A stretch of DNA of 64,000 bases, from the NCBI GenBank assembly GCA_021824345.1, contig JAKAKW010000002.1:86552-150551 (forward strand). Reading direction: 5' to 3'. The translations under genes were made by a program, and so were the position numbers. This document shows, piece after piece, positions 26,631-37,361 of the stretch (position 1 is its first letter; every line of letters begins with the position of its first letter). The notes beneath the pieces were generated by a model. That model made no database searches. It was not told where the DNA came from and saw only the letters and a list, made by a program, of their open reading frames with translations. The stretch is from a bacterium. Its GTDB lineage: Bacteria; Patescibacteriota; Minisyncoccia; Phycocordibacterales; UBA9973.

Positions 26631-26698
26631 TATTTGCATTTTCCGCACTGTTATAGTATATTCTAGCGAAGAGTCGTAGGACTCTTTTGTTTTAATTT

Positions 26699-27121
26699 AT
26701 GCCTACCATAAACCAACTGGTAAAAAGAAAAAGAAAGAAAGTGGCAAGCAAGCCCAAAACTGTCGCTTTAGAGCGCGGCTTCAATTTCTTGAAGAACAAG
26801 CCCGTTTTTTATCCTTCTCCGTTCAAGCGGGGAGTCTGCACCAAGGTGACCACTACCACTCCCAAAAAGCCGAACTCCGCCCTGCGAAAGATCGCCAGGG
26901 TTCGCCTGACCAACGGCATGGAAGTGACCGCATATATTCCCGGCGAAGGGCATAACCTGCAGGAACACTCCGTAGTACAGCTCCGCGGAGGGCGCGTAAA
27001 GGACTTGATCGGCGTGCGATATCATATCGTCCGCGGCGTTTTGGACACCCAGGGCGTGGAAAAGCGCCGGCAGAGCCGTTCCCTTTACGGCAACAAGAAG
27101 CCGAAAGAAGCGAAGAAATAA
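26699..27121 (+). CDS. rpsL: Ribosomal protein S12
   Basis: PTINQLVK...[10 protein letters not shown]...[38 protein letters not shown]. Promoter TTGCAT ... TATAGTAT at about 26634..26661. Confidence 0.95.
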   Translation: MPTINQLVKRKRKKVASKPKTVALERGFNFLKNKPVFYPSPFKRGVCTKVTTTTPKKPNSALRKIARVRLTNGMEVTAYIPGEGHNLQEHSVVQLRGGRVKDLIGVRYHIVRGVLDTQGVEKRRQSRSLYGNKKPKEAKK

Positions 27122-27136
27122 TTTTCAAAGAATATC

Positions 27137-27607
27137 ATGCGCAGAGCAATCAAGAACAAAAATATCACCCCTCCCGATTTCGTATACAATTCTCCCAAGC
27201 TGGAGAAATTCATAAACTACGTCATGTGGTCCGGGAAGAAAGAAACCGCCCGCGGAGTGGTTTATGACGCTTTTGACATAATCAAAGAAAAAACCGGCAA
27301 TCCGAATCCTCTGGAAGTGTTTGATTTGGCCTTGAAGAACGCCGGTCCCGCTTTGGAAGTGCGTTCCAAGCGAATCGGCGGAGCGAACTACCAGGTGCCG
27401 AGGGAAGTGCGGCCGGAGAGAAAGCTTGCTCTGGCTATGCGCTGGATTCGGGACGCCGCCCGCGGAGGAAAGGGAAAGCCCATGCGGGAAAAGCTGGCGG
27501 AAGAACTGATCGCCGCAAGCAAGAACGAAGGAGCCGCCATCAAGAAGAAAGACGATACTCACCGCATGGCAGAAGCGAACAAAGCTTTCGCCCACTTCGG
27601 CTGGTAA
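27137..27607 (+). CDS. rpsG: Ribosomal protein S7
   Basis: S7 core [26 protein letters not shown]...[18 protein letters not shown]. Confidence 0.95.
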   Translation: MRRAIKNKNITPPDFVYNSPKLEKFINYVMWSGKKETARGVVYDAFDIIKEKTGNPNPLEVFDLALKNAGPALEVRSKRIGGANYQVPREVRPERKLALAMRWIRDAARGGKGKPMREKLAEELIAASKNEGAAIKKKDDTHRMAEANKAFAHFGW

Positions 27608-27625
27608 TATAGACAACAGAACAGC

Positions 27626-27693
27626 GGAGGGTTACCCTCCGCCCTGCCTCCGCCCTGTAATGCCAGAGATCCCCGGTTGGGGATTTTTTCGTT
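27626..27693 (+). terminator. Two tandem hairpins after rpsG: gcggaggg-ttac-cctccgc, then atcccc-ggtt-ggggat + T-run
   Basis: The first hairpin repeats the GGCGGAGG..CCTCCGCC motif seen at 18641. The second is followed by ttttttcg. Confidence 0.5.
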
Positions 27694-27745
27694 TGACAGG
27701 AAAAGAAAAAAGAGTAAGGTGAAAGCGAATAAGCTTGGAGGAAAT

Positions 27746-27985
27746 ATGTTTGTAATAGTTGAAAGCAAAATTCCCGAAGAATTGTTAAATTTTTTACTGC
27801 ATCATCTTGCAAATTTAACAAAAGGGATGACAGCCGTAGATGAAGAAGAGGCTGTCAAAAAAAATATTCCTGGTCTCATTAAGAAATTTGATGAGGAAAA
27901 TGGCACAAATTATTCGAATGATTCTTTGAATCTGCATGCTATCAAAAATGCAGTTTTGAAGAATTTTCACGGGGATCGATTTTGA
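27746..27985 (+). CDS. Small AT-rich hypothetical protein inserted between rpsG and fusA
   Basis: Strong RBS ggagga 7 nt before the ATG at 27746. 79 aa, no known motif. Local AT content is higher than the flanks. Confidence 0.4.
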   Translation: MFVIVESKIPEELLNFLLHHLANLTKGMTAVDEEEAVKKNIPGLIKKFDEENGTNYSNDSLNLHAIKNAVLKNFHGDRF

Positions 27986-28137
27986 GTTTACCGAGGCATA
28001 CAAATAAGTCCTCGGTTTTAATTTGCAAAAAAGAGCCATATAATATATATTATAGCCGGCGCACAAGGCGCTTTTTTACTTATAAATTAGATAAGCGCGG
28101 CGAGAGGTAAGGCTTCCCGCCGGCAAAAAGTTTTCAT

Positions 28138-30285
28138 ATGGAAAGAGACTATCCTCTGGAAAAAGTAAGGAATATTGGAATAATCGCGCATATCGACGCG
28201 GGAAAGACCACCACCACGGAGCGGGTGCTTTTCTATACGGGCGTTTCCCATAAAATCGGAGAAGTGCACGAAGGGGACACCGTCACCGACTGGATGGAAC
28301 AGGAGCGCGAGCGCGGAATCACCATTACTTCCGCCGCGGTTACCTGCTTCTGGGTTCCCACTTACACGGGAGGAGATGTTTCCAAAAAGCATCGTTTTAA
28401 TATCATTGACACACCAGGGCACATTGACTTTACCGTGGAGGTGAAGCGGTCTCTGCGCGTTTTGGACGGCGCAGTGGTGGTTTTCGACGGAGTGGCCGGA
28501 GTGGAACCGCAGTCCGAGACCAACTGGCGCTACGCGGACGAGGCCAAAGTTCCGCGCATCTGCTTCATAAACAAACTGGACCGCACCGGCGCTTCTTTTG
28601 AACATTCTTTCTCCACTATTTTGAATCGCCTAACCAAGAAAGCGGTGCGCATGCAGATTCCCATCGGCCTGGAAGACAAGCATGAAGGGGTGGTGGACCT
28701 GCTTAACATGAAGGCATATTACTTTGAGGGGGAAATGGGAAGCGTGGTGCGTGAAGCGGAAATTCCCGAAGAGCTCAAGGCTGAAGCGGAAAAATATCGC
28801 AACGAATTGATTGAGAAAATAGTGGAACAGGACGACACGATAATGAATGAATATCTGGAAGGCATGATGCCGGAAATGCCGACCTTGAAGAAGCTTTTGC
28901 GCAAGGGAGTGATCGCCAATGAAATTTTCCCGGTTTACGCAGGGTCCGCTTTAAAGAACAAAGGCGTACAGCTGGTATTGGATGCAGTCGTAGACTATCT
29001 GCCTTCTCCCTTGGATGTTCCGCCGATTGACGGAGTAAATCCGGAAACCGACGAGCCTGACGTTCGCCATGCTTCCGATTCAGAACCTTTCTCCGCCCTG
29101 GCTTTCAAGGTGGCCACCGACCCGTTCGTGGGCCAGCTCATATTTTTCCGGGTATATTCCGGAACTCTTGCCGCGGGATCGTACGTGTATAATCCGCGCA
29201 CCCGCAACAAAGAACGCATCGGCCGAATCGTACGAATGCACGCCAATGACCGCGAAGAGGTGAAGAAGGTTTACGCCGGAGAAATTGCGGCCGCGGTAGG
29301 CTTGAAAGATACCATCACTTCCGACACTCTTTGCGATGAAGAGCGCCCGATTGCTCTGGACCGAATAGTCTTCCCCGAGCCTGTCATTTCCATGCGCATT
29401 GAACCCAAGACTAAGGCTGACCAGGAAAAAATGGGATTGGCTTTGAACCGATTGGCGCAAGAGGACCCGACTTTCCGGGTGTCCAGCGACAACGAGGCGG
29501 GGGAGACCATTATTTCCGGCATGGGAGAATTGCATTTGGAAATTATCGTAGACCGTTTGAAGCGGGAATTTTCAGTGGAAGCAAATGTGGGCAAGCCGCA
29601 GGTGGCTTACCGCGAGACCATTACCGGGAATTCCGAAGCGGAAGGCAAATACATCAAGCAGTCCGGCGGACGCGGAAACTACGGCCACGTAAGGATAAAG
29701 ATTGCTCCGATGAAGGCGATGACCAAGGAAGAAGAGGAAGACTTACCCAAGAACACCAAGCGCTCAGCCGGATTTGAATTTATAAACAGCATCAAGGGAG
29801 GAGTGATTCCGCAGGAATATATTCCCGCTTGCGAAAAGGGGTTTAGAGAAGGCTTGGACCGCGGAGTATTGGCGGGATTCAAAATGGTAAATGTATCCGT
29901 AGATCTTTGGGACGGATCGTATCACGAAGTGGACTCCAACGAAATGGCATTCAAAATCGCCGCTTCCATGGCTGTGCAAGACGCCTGCAAGCGCGCCAAG
30001 CCTGTGATTCTTGAACCGATGATGAAAGTGGAAGTGGTTACTCCCGACAAGTTCATGGGAGACGTTACCGGCAACCTTTCTTCCAAACGCGGGATCATAG
30101 AAGGCATGGAAGACCGCGGAATGAACAAGGTAATAAACGCGGTAGTGCCTCTTTCCGAAATGTTCGGCTATATGACCAATCTGCGTTCCATGACCGAAGG
30201 ACGCGCTTCCTTTACTATGGAATTCTTGCGCTACGACATCGTGCCCCAGAACGTGGCGGACACTATCATTGCGGACAGAAAATAA
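28138..30285 (+). CDS. fusA: Elongation factor G
   Basis: [24 protein letters not shown] and the full 5-domain EF-G. Confidence 0.95.
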   Translation: MERDYPLEKVRNIGIIAHIDAGKTTTTERVLFYTGVSHKIGEVHEGDTVTDWMEQERERGITITSAAVTCFWVPTYTGGDVSKKHRFNIIDTPGHIDFTVEVKRSLRVLDGAVVVFDGVAGVEPQSETNWRYADEAKVPRICFINKLDRTGASFEHSFSTILNRLTKKAVRMQIPIGLEDKHEGVVDLLNMKAYYFEGEMGSVVREAEIPEELKAEAEKYRNELIEKIVEQDDTIMNEYLEGMMPEMPTLKKLLRKGVIANEIFPVYAGSALKNKGVQLVLDAVVDYLPSPLDVPPIDGVNPETDEPDVRHASDSEPFSALAFKVATDPFVGQLIFFRVYSGTLAAGSYVYNPRTRNKERIGRIVRMHANDREEVKKVYAGEIAAAVGLKDTITSDTLCDEERPIALDRIVFPEPVISMRIEPKTKADQEKMGLALNRLAQEDPTFRVSSDNEAGETIISGMGELHLEIIVDRLKREFSVEANVGKPQVAYRETITGNSEAEGKYIKQSGGRGNYGHVRIKIAPMKAMTKEEEEDLPKNTKRSAGFEFINSIKGGVIPQEYIPACEKGFREGLDRGVLAGFKMVNVSVDLWDGSYHEVDSNEMAFKIAASMAVQDACKRAKPVILEPMMKVEVVTPDKFMGDVTGNLSSKRGIIEGMEDRGMNKVINAVVPLSEMFGYMTNLRSMTEGRASFTMEFLRYDIVPQNVADTIIADRK

Positions 30286-30300
30286 TAAATATGAAAGAGA

Positions 30301-30330
30301 AACCCCGGAGTGTTCCTCCGGGGTTTTTTG
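30301..30330 (+). terminator. Intrinsic terminator after fusA (aaccccggag-tgttc-ctccggggtt + T-run)
   Basis: 10-bp stem followed by tttttg. Confidence 0.65.
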
Positions 30331-30346
30331 ATGTATACTGCAATAT

Positions 30347-30994
30347 ATGAGCCTAGAAAAGCCGGAAAAACAAACTCCAGAAGAGCAAAATAAAAGGCTG
30401 GAAGAACACAAGGCAAAAATAGTGGAAGAACTGTCTTCCTTTGCGGTAAAGCATGGCAATCCTTTGTATTTTGAGGACTTCGGATCCAGCTCCCTATTTG
30501 CAAATAATCAAGAAATAAAAATCAAAGATGGAGCCCTAAAGGGTCTTGATGAAAATGAAAGGAAAACAGTTGAAAATTTTACGAATATACTCAGTTACTT
30601 CATAGCTTGTCCTATTTTTACAGATGAATTTCATGAGAAGCATAGAAATCTTCAAGATTTATCCGTTTATTGGCGATATAATTGGGAACAAGATAATCTA
30701 TCTGAGTTGGGTAAGGAAGCGAAAACATATTATCATTCCAATCGTCTTTCCGGAGGCAAATGCGTTGGGGCAATAGGCGCGATTTTTATATTAAAGGAAT
30801 TGATATCTGATCCGGAAATAAAAAATAAAATCCCTGATATTTCTGAAAATGTATACAATGCTTTCCTAAAAAGGGACAATGGAGACGAAACAAAAGAATA
30901 TGATAGTTACTCCGATCAAAAGAAAATACAGATTGTACGAGAATTGACAGCCCTGGCTAAAGAGACTCTGGACTCGCTGGTAGAAAAGGATTAA
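30347..30994 (+). CDS. AT-rich hypothetical protein (215 aa) inserted in the str operon
   Basis: Intact ORF with no recognisable domain. Sits between fusA and tuf, where these are normally adjacent. Low GC relative to neighbours. Confidence 0.45.
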   Translation: MSLEKPEKQTPEEQNKRLEEHKAKIVEELSSFAVKHGNPLYFEDFGSSSLFANNQEIKIKDGALKGLDENERKTVENFTNILSYFIACPIFTDEFHEKHRNLQDLSVYWRYNWEQDNLSELGKEAKTYYHSNRLSGGKCVGAIGAIFILKELISDPEIKNKIPDISENVYNAFLKRDNGDETKEYDSYSDQKKIQIVRELTALAKETLDSLVEKD

Positions 30995-30996
30995 AT

Positions 30997-32061
30997 ATGC
31001 TTTATATTCCTTTCTACGATCCGGAAAAATCCTACGAAGAGAACTTCATCGACGGTCCCTTCGGCGCATTCGCGGACGGAAAAAAATATGAGAACGAGGG
31101 AAAGCCGAAGTACGATTTTTTCGGGGCTCCGGTATATGCGCCCTTCGGCATCCCGGCGGGCCCGCTCATAAACACTAAGTTTGCCAAAGCTGCCCTGGAT
31201 AAAGGTTTTGATATCGTTACATATAAGACAGTGCGCAGCGGAAAATACCCCACTCATCCGTGGCCCAATGTGCTTTCGGTGAAGGTGGACGGCGATTTGA
31301 CCATTGAAAAAGCGGGTGAAAAGCTTGTTGCGGGCCGTGACTATTCTGAGCCGCTTTCAATCACCAACTCCTTCGGGGTGCCGTCGTTTGAGCCCGAATT
31401 CTGGCAGAAAGATATTGCCGAGCTTATAAAATATGCAAAACCGGGACAGGCGGTAGTGGGAGCTTTCCAGGGGACCAAGAAAGAAAGACAGGGAAAGGAT
31501 GCTTACATTCAAGATTTTCGGGACGTCGCTCTTCTCATGAAAGAGACTGGGGTGAAAGTAATGGAAGTGAATCTCAGCTGTCCGAATGAAGGAACCGCGA
31601 ACCTGCTTTGTTACGACATCTCGCGGAGCGCGGAGGTGGCAAGGGCGATAAAGGAAGAAATAGGGGATATCCCGCTCATTGTGAAAACAGGATATTTCAG
31701 AGATGATACCGAACTTGAGAATTTTGCGAAGGAAGTAGGCGGAATCGCGGATGGAATTTCCGCCATCAATACCATTCCCGCAGAAATTGTGGATGAAAAC
31801 GGCGGGCAGGCCCTGCCCGGAGAGGGGAGACAGAAAAGCGGTGTATGCGGGCATGCCATAAAATGGGCGGGCCTGGATATGGCGCGCCGGCTTGCCGGAC
31901 TGCGCGAAAAGCTCGGGTACCGATTCAAGATAATAGGGGTAGGCGGAGTATCTTCCCCCGCGGATTTTCAGGAATACAGGCAAGCCGGCGCCGATTACGT
32001 CATGTCCGCCACCGGCGCCATGTGGAATCCGCATTTAGCTCAGGAAATAAAAGAATCTTAG
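30997..32061 (+). CDS. Dihydroorotate dehydrogenase-family (PyrD/DHPD-like) flavoprotein
   Basis: TIM-barrel signatures: VNLSCPN, IVKTGYF, DGISAINT, IGVGGVSSPADFQEYRQAGADYVMSATG. Confidence 0.65.
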   Translation: MLYIPFYDPEKSYEENFIDGPFGAFADGKKYENEGKPKYDFFGAPVYAPFGIPAGPLINTKFAKAALDKGFDIVTYKTVRSGKYPTHPWPNVLSVKVDGDLTIEKAGEKLVAGRDYSEPLSITNSFGVPSFEPEFWQKDIAELIKYAKPGQAVVGAFQGTKKERQGKDAYIQDFRDVALLMKETGVKVMEVNLSCPNEGTANLLCYDISRSAEVARAIKEEIGDIPLIVKTGYFRDDTELENFAKEVGGIADGISAINTIPAEIVDENGGQALPGEGRQKSGVCGHAIKWAGLDMARRLAGLREKLGYRFKIIGVGGVSSPADFQEYRQAGADYVMSATGAMWNPHLAQEIKES

Positions 32062-32085
32062 TTTCTTATTGCTTGATAATTTGGG

Positions 32086-32225
32086 CCGGGTAAATATTTG
32101 TCTTTGAGCGGGTTGTGTGGCCGAGCGGGCACGGTTCGAGCGTAGGCGAAAGAGCGAGGCCGAGCCCTCGAGCCGGCTCGCTGGGCCGGCGAGAAAAGCG
32201 AAGAGGCAGAATATTTACCCGGCTC
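32086..32225. repeat. Intergenic element bounded by 14-bp perfect inverted repeats (gccgggtaaatatt / aatatttacccggc) enclosing about 105 bp of GC-rich sequence
   Basis: Direct inspection. The interior carries gccgagc/ttcgagcg motifs shared with other IR-flanked elements in this window. Confidence 0.5.
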
Positions 32226-32235
32226 TCTCATCCGT

Positions 32236-32263
32236 TTGACAATATTCCTCAATCTGCTAATAT
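32236..32263 (+). promoter_or_regulatory. tuf promoter TTGACA-16-TAATAT followed by a ~165-nt leader
   Basis: ttgaca at 32236..32241, taatat at 32258..32263. The leader contains the hairpin ggcaac...gttgcc with a T-run. Confidence 0.5.
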
Positions 32264-32430
32264 GGTGGCAACTGCACTTTCGCGGTTTTTTTGTTGCCAA
32301 TTTTACAAACTGGCGTAAAAAGCTCCCGAAAATGCTTTAAATTATCAATTATTATTAATCACATAGTTAGTGGCCCGGACTTAGCGACTGGTTCTCGTAC
32401 GTTAAGTCAGAGCTGTTAGCTAAAAAAGCT

Positions 32431-33624
32431 ATGGCAGAAGAATTTAAAAGAGACAAGCCCCACATTAACGTGGGCACCATCGGACACGTGGACCACGGGA
32501 AAACCACGCTGACCGCGGCCATTCTCCATGTTTTGGACATGGCCGGAAAGCAAGTCCGCCTGAAAGGAGTGGACCAGATCGACAACGCGCCGGAGGAAAA
32601 GGCGCGCGGGATCACCATTAATATTTCCCACAACGAATATTCCACTGATACCCGGCACTATGCTCACATTGACGCCCCGGGACACGCGGACTATATCAAA
32701 AACATGATAACCGGCGCGGCCCAGATGGACGGCGCTATCCTGGTAGTGGCCGCCACCGACGGAGCCATGCCTCAGACTCGCGAACACGTGCTTCTGGCCC
32801 GCCAAGTGGGAGTGCCGAAGATCATAGTGTTCATGAACAAGTGCGACATGGTTGACGATAATGACATGTTGGACATGGTGGAAGAGGAAATACGCGATTT
32901 GCTCACCAAGCAGAATTTTGACGGCGCAAACGCTCCGGTCATCCGCGGTTCCGCTCTGAAAGCTCTGGAGGCGAAGGATGTAAACGATCCTTGGGCTCAG
33001 AAAGTGCTTGAGCTGGTAAACGCTCTTGATACTTACATTCCTGTTCCTGAACGAGACACTTCCAAACCGTTTCTTATGCCCGTGGAGGACATTTTCTCCA
33101 TTGAAGGCCGGGGAACCGTGGTTACCGGAAAGATTGAACGCGGAGTTGTGAAAGTGGGTGAAGAAGTGGAAATCGTAGGTATTCGCCCCACCCAGAAGGC
33201 TACCATTACCGGGATTGAAATGTTCAACAAGAACCTGCAAGAAGGCATGGCTGGCGACAACGCCGGAGTGCTTTTGCGCGGATTAAAGAAAGAGGATGTC
33301 GCTCGCGGACAGGTTCTGTCCAAGCCGGGTACCGTTACTCCGCATGATAATTTCACCGCTGAAGTGTATGTTCTGAAGAAAGAGGAAGGCGGACGCCACA
33401 CTCCGTTCTTTAACGGTTACAAGCCTCAGTTCTACATTCGTACTACGGACGTGACCGGAGAAGTGACCCTGGCAGAGGGCACGGAAATGGTAATGCCCGG
33501 CGATACCGTGAATGTGACCGTGAAGCTGGTAACCCCTGTCGCTCTTGAGGAACAGCAAAGGTTTGCCATCCGCGAAGGAGGCAAGACTGTAGGCGCCGGA
33601 GTAGTCACCAAGATTCTGGGATAG
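32431..33624 (+). CDS. tuf: Elongation factor Tu
   Basis: [25 protein letters not shown] and the full EF-Tu. Confidence 0.95.
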   Translation: MAEEFKRDKPHINVGTIGHVDHGKTTLTAAILHVLDMAGKQVRLKGVDQIDNAPEEKARGITINISHNEYSTDTRHYAHIDAPGHADYIKNMITGAAQMDGAILVVAATDGAMPQTREHVLLARQVGVPKIIVFMNKCDMVDDNDMLDMVEEEIRDLLTKQNFDGANAPVIRGSALKALEAKDVNDPWAQKVLELVNALDTYIPVPERDTSKPFLMPVEDIFSIEGRGTVVTGKIERGVVKVGEEVEIVGIRPTQKATITGIEMFNKNLQEGMAGDNAGVLLRGLKKEDVARGQVLSKPGTVTPHDNFTAEVYVLKKEEGGRHTPFFNGYKPQFYIRTTDVTGEVTLAEGTEMVMPGDTVNVTVKLVTPVALEEQQRFAIREGGKTVGAGVVTKILG

Positions 33625-33644
33625 GAATCTGAATAAAGAAAAGA

Positions 33645-34091
33645 ATGCCAACATCGGATACAAAAAGCAAAAAGCCGGCCAAGCCGGCGGACGGTTCCGC
33701 TCGCAGCGCTTCTCAAAATGAAGGAGAAGGAAGCAAGCGCTCAAAAGGCGCTAAGGGCTCCAAAGAGGCGAAGAAAGCGGACGGTCATGTCATATTGCGC
33801 ATCAGGGTACGCGCTTACGAGAGCAAGATCCTGGATGCGTCCGTAAAGCAGATCATAGACACTGCGGCCCGCTATGATGCGGAAATCGTAGGTCCGGTGC
33901 CCCTGCCTACAGAAATAAAAAAGTACACGGTGAACCGCGCTTCTTTCGTATATAAAAATTCCCGGGAACAGTTTGAAATTCGGGTGCACAAACGGTTGAT
34001 AGACATAGTGAATCCAAATCCGAATACGGTAGAGGCTCTGACCAATATGTCCCTGCCTTCCGGAGTGGATATTGACGTGAAAATGCTATAG
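33645..34091 (+). CDS. rpsJ: Ribosomal protein S10 with ~45-aa Lys/Ser-rich N-terminal extension
   Basis: Core IRIRVRAYESKILDASVKQIIDTAARYDAEIVGPVPLPT...RLIDIVNP. Confidence 0.9.
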   Translation: MPTSDTKSKKPAKPADGSARSASQNEGEGSKRSKGAKGSKEAKKADGHVILRIRVRAYESKILDASVKQIIDTAARYDAEIVGPVPLPTEIKKYTVNRASFVYKNSREQFEIRVHKRLIDIVNPNPNTVEALTNMSLPSGVDIDVKML

Positions 34092-34093
34092 AC

Positions 34094-34720
34094 ATGAAAT
34101 TCATACTTGGCACAAAAGAAGAGATGACCGAGTATTTCGCCGAAGACGGAAAAGTGTTTCCGGCTACCGTGATCTCTGCCGGCCCCATTACCGTCACCAA
34201 GGTGAAAACCGCGGAGTCTGACGGGTACGACGCCGTGCAAGTCGGATTCGGAAAGAAAAATCAAGGAAAGACAGGCAAAGCCGAAAAGGGACGCGCGAAG
34301 GACGGCGTAAATTTCCGCTATGTTCGGGAATTTAGGATAAAGGGAAGCGGGGAGCCCGCTTTAAAAGCCGGAGATGTCATCACCGCAGGCGATATATTTA
34401 AAGCGGGGGATAAAGTGCGGGTGTCCGGAACTTCCAAAGGAAAAGGATTTCAAGGAGTGGTGAAGCGCCACGGTTTCCATGGCGGTCCCCGTTCCCATGG
34501 ACAGAAGCATTCCGAAAGAGAGCCGGGTTCTATCGGCGGAGGGTTGAGAAACAAAGTGCCGAAGGGAAAAAGAATGGCCGGCCGAATGGGAGGAGACAGA
34601 ATCACTCAAAAGAATCTTGAGGTGGTGCTGGTGGAAAAAGACAGCAATCTTCTTCTGGTAAAAGGAGCGGTTCCCGGAGTTCGCGGAAGCTTGATTGAAA
34701 TAGTTGATACGGGCAAATAA
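34094..34720 (+). CDS. rplC: Ribosomal protein L3
   Basis: L3 signature including FKAGDKVRVSGTSKGKGFQGVVKRHGF. Confidence 0.95.
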   Translation: MKFILGTKEEMTEYFAEDGKVFPATVISAGPITVTKVKTAESDGYDAVQVGFGKKNQGKTGKAEKGRAKDGVNFRYVREFRIKGSGEPALKAGDVITAGDIFKAGDKVRVSGTSKGKGFQGVVKRHGFHGGPRSHGQKHSEREPGSIGGGLRNKVPKGKRMAGRMGGDRITQKNLEVVLVEKDSNLLLVKGAVPGVRGSLIEIVDTGK

Positions 34721-34730
34721 TTTTAAAATC

Positions 34731-35390
34731 ATGGAAGCGAAAGTTTACAACAAAGAAGGAAAGGAAAGCGGAACGGTCTCTCTGCCCGAGAAGGTTTTCG
34801 GCGCAAAGTGGCGCCCCGATCTGGTGCATCAAGCGGTCATGGGAATGAAAAGCAATGAGCGCGCCGGAACCGCCGATGCAAAAGGGCGCGGAGAAGTTTC
34901 CGGCGGAGGCAAAAAGCCCTGGCGGCAGAAAGGAACCGGACGGGCGCGGCACGGCTCCATTCGGAGTCCCATCTGGGTCGGGGGAGGAGTGACTCATGGT
35001 CCATTGTCGGAAAAAAATTACAATCGGAAAGTTTCCAAAAAGATGCGCGTTGAAGCCTTGTATTCGGTACTCTCAAAGAAGCTCAAGGAAGGGGAAATCT
35101 TTTTCATAGATTCCCTGGCAATTTCTTCCGGCAAGACAAAAGATGCCGACAAGACGGTGCTTAACCTATCTAAAATCTCCGGGTTGGAACCGCTGCATTC
35201 TTCCAAGAAAAAGCGCGCTCTTGCCACATTGTTTGAAAGCGACGAGAAAACAAAAAAAAGCTTCCGCAATCTCGCCCAGCTGCAAGTATCTTCTCTGAAA
35301 AATCTTAATCCGAAGGAGGCTCTTGATTACAAATTCATTCTGATAGAGAAGCCGGAAGACAGCGCCAAGTTTTTGGCGTCGAGGAAGTAA
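34731..35390 (+). CDS. rplD: Ribosomal protein L4
   Basis: L4 core KPWRQKGTGRARHGSIRSPIWVGGGVTHGP. Start at ATG 34731. Confidence 0.9.
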   Translation: MEAKVYNKEGKESGTVSLPEKVFGAKWRPDLVHQAVMGMKSNERAGTADAKGRGEVSGGGKKPWRQKGTGRARHGSIRSPIWVGGGVTHGPLSEKNYNRKVSKKMRVEALYSVLSKKLKEGEIFFIDSLAISSGKTKDADKTVLNLSKISGLEPLHSSKKKRALATLFESDEKTKKSFRNLAQLQVSSLKNLNPKEALDYKFILIEKPEDSAKFLASRK

Positions 35391-35399
35391 TTAAATTTT

Positions 35400-35678
35400 A
35401 TGATTGAAGCTATAAAAATAATAAAAAATCCGAGAATCACCGAAAAAGCGTCCGCAGGCTACGCGGCCGGCGCGTACTCTTTTGAGGTTGCCCCTTCCGC
35501 CGGGAAAAAAGAAGTGATGAAGGCGATTTTTGAAATATACAAAATCCGGCCGGTGCGGGTGAACATTTTGCGGATTCCGAAGAAAAAAGTTTTTTCAAAG
35601 GGCAAGCGCGGGGTTAAAAGCGGAGGAAAAAAAGCCATAGTTTATCTTAAGGAAGGGGATAAGATAGATTTGATATAA
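35400..35678 (+). CDS. rplW: Ribosomal protein L23
   Basis: L23 fold, conserved position and size. Confidence 0.85.
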   Translation: MIEAIKIIKNPRITEKASAGYAAGAYSFEVAPSAGKKEVMKAIFEIYKIRPVRVNILRIPKKKVFSKGKRGVKSGGKKAIVYLKEGDKIDLI

Positions 35679-35682
35679 AAAG

Positions 35683-36528
35683 ATGAAAAAGTACAGACCG
35701 ACAACCAAATCAAGAAGACAGGCTACCAACGTCACTTATCGGGGCGTGCTTACAAAGGCTGCGCCGGAGAAGTCGCTGACCCGCGGATTCCGCCGGGCGG
35801 TGGGCCGAAACAGCCAGGGACGCATTACCGTCCGGCACAAAGGTTCCGGGCACAAGCGCCTGTACCGGGAAGTGGATTTTAAATATGACAAGATTGATGT
35901 TCCGGCCAAGATCAAAAGCGTGGAATATGATCCGAATCGTTCCGCTTTTATAGGGTTGGCCGTATATAAAGACGGAGAAAAGAGATATGTGGTCCTGCCG
36001 AAGTCGGTGAAGCCCGGAGACTCTTTTGTTGTTTCCCCGAAGGCGGAGCTTTCTTTCGGCAATCGTCTTCCGCTTCGAAACATTCCGGTCGGCACCTTTG
36101 TGCACAACGTTGAGCTAAAACCCGGAGGCGGAGCGAAAATCGCCCGCGGGGCGGGAGTTTTTGCCCAAGTGGTGGCAAATGCGGACGGCTACACCAACTT
36201 GAAGATGCCTTCTTCTGAAGTGCGAAAAGTGAAAGAAGAATGCTACGCCTCAATCGGCACTGTCTCCAATGAAGAGCATCATCTGGAAAATTACGGCAAA
36301 GCCGGACGTTCCCGCTGGAAAGGCATTCGCCCTACGGTGCGCGGAACGGCCATGAACCCGGTAGACCATCCATACGGAGGGGGAGAAGGCCGGCAAGGAC
36401 GAGGCATAAAGCGCCCGAAGACCCTTTGGGGTAAAGTTACCGGCGGCCGGAAGACCCGACACCCTAAAAAGTATTCAGACTCATTTATCGTTTCTCGGCG
36501 GGTGAAAAAGGGAAGGAAGAAGTCTTAA
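35683..36528 (+). CDS. rplB: Ribosomal protein L2
   Basis: L2 signatures GRNSQGRITVRHKGSGHKR and NPVDHPYGGGEGR. Confidence 0.95.
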   Translation: MKKYRPTTKSRRQATNVTYRGVLTKAAPEKSLTRGFRRAVGRNSQGRITVRHKGSGHKRLYREVDFKYDKIDVPAKIKSVEYDPNRSAFIGLAVYKDGEKRYVVLPKSVKPGDSFVVSPKAELSFGNRLPLRNIPVGTFVHNVELKPGGGAKIARGAGVFAQVVANADGYTNLKMPSSEVRKVKEECYASIGTVSNEEHHLENYGKAGRSRWKGIRPTVRGTAMNPVDHPYGGGEGRQGRGIKRPKTLWGKVTGGRKTRHPKKYSDSFIVSRRVKKGRKKS

Positions 36529-36600
36529 AAGTTGACTTTATCCGCCGTTCTGCTATTATGGAACAAGCTCGGAAACGAGCTTGTTTTCGTATGTACTCAA

Positions 36601-36951
36601 ATGACTAGATCAATCAAGAAAGGAATATATGTGGATGAAAAGCTCTTGGCAAAAATCAAGGGTAAAAATCCCCTCTCTACTCCGGTTATCAAGACCTGGA
36701 AAAGAGCAAGCCAGATTTCACCGGAAATGGTGGGATTTACTTTCGGGGTGCACAATGGAAAAACCCATATAGAAGTGCTGGTAAGCGAAGATATGGTTGG
36801 TCACCGCCTCGGGGAATTTTCTCCCACCAGGAAGTTTATAAAGCACGGCGGAAAGATGCAGAAGGAATTGGAACAGAAGAAGAAAGAGGCGGAAATAGCC
36901 CAGGCAAAGGCGGCCACGGCGGCATCGGACGCGGCGGGCAGTAAGAAATAA
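36601..36951 (+). CDS. rpsS: Ribosomal protein S19 with Lys/Glu/Ala-rich C-terminal extension
   Basis: MTRSIKKG...[28 protein letters not shown]...[18 protein letters not shown]. Confidence 0.9.
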   Translation: MTRSIKKGIYVDEKLLAKIKGKNPLSTPVIKTWKRASQISPEMVGFTFGVHNGKTHIEVLVSEDMVGHRLGEFSPTRKFIKHGGKMQKELEQKKKEAEIAQAKAATAASDAAGSKK

Positions 36952-36959
36952 ACACAAAG

Positions 36960-37361
36960 ATGAAAGCATCTCTCAAAAATTACAGGCATTCTCCCCGCAA
37001 GGTCCGCAAAGTGACGGATTTGGTAAAGGGCAAGGCATTTAACGCGGCAGTCGCGGAACTTGACCGCCTTCCAAAGCGCGCAGCTTTCCCGGTAAGGAAG
37101 CTCATAATGTCCGCGGCGGCCAACGCGGCCGAGAAGGGGACGGAAAAGGAAAATCTTTTCATAAAAGACATTCGAGTTGATGAAGGAACGGTTTTGAAAC
37201 GCATGGTGCCCAGAGCCATGGGCCGGGGAGTGATAATCAAAAAGCGTTCCAGCAGGATTTCCGTCCTTCTGGGAGAAAAATCGCCCGCTCGTTCCGAAGG
37301 AAAGAACAATAAAAAGAAAATGACGGATAAGATAAAAAAAATAGGAAAAAAACATGAGTAA
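36960..37361 (+). CDS. rplV: Ribosomal protein L22
   Basis: L22 core with basic C-terminal tail. Confidence 0.9.
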   Translation: MKASLKNYRHSPRKVRKVTDLVKGKAFNAAVAELDRLPKRAAFPVRKLIMSAAANAAEKGTEKENLFIKDIRVDEGTVLKRMVPRAMGRGVIIKKRSSRISVLLGEKSPARSEGKNNKKKMTDKIKKIGKKHE

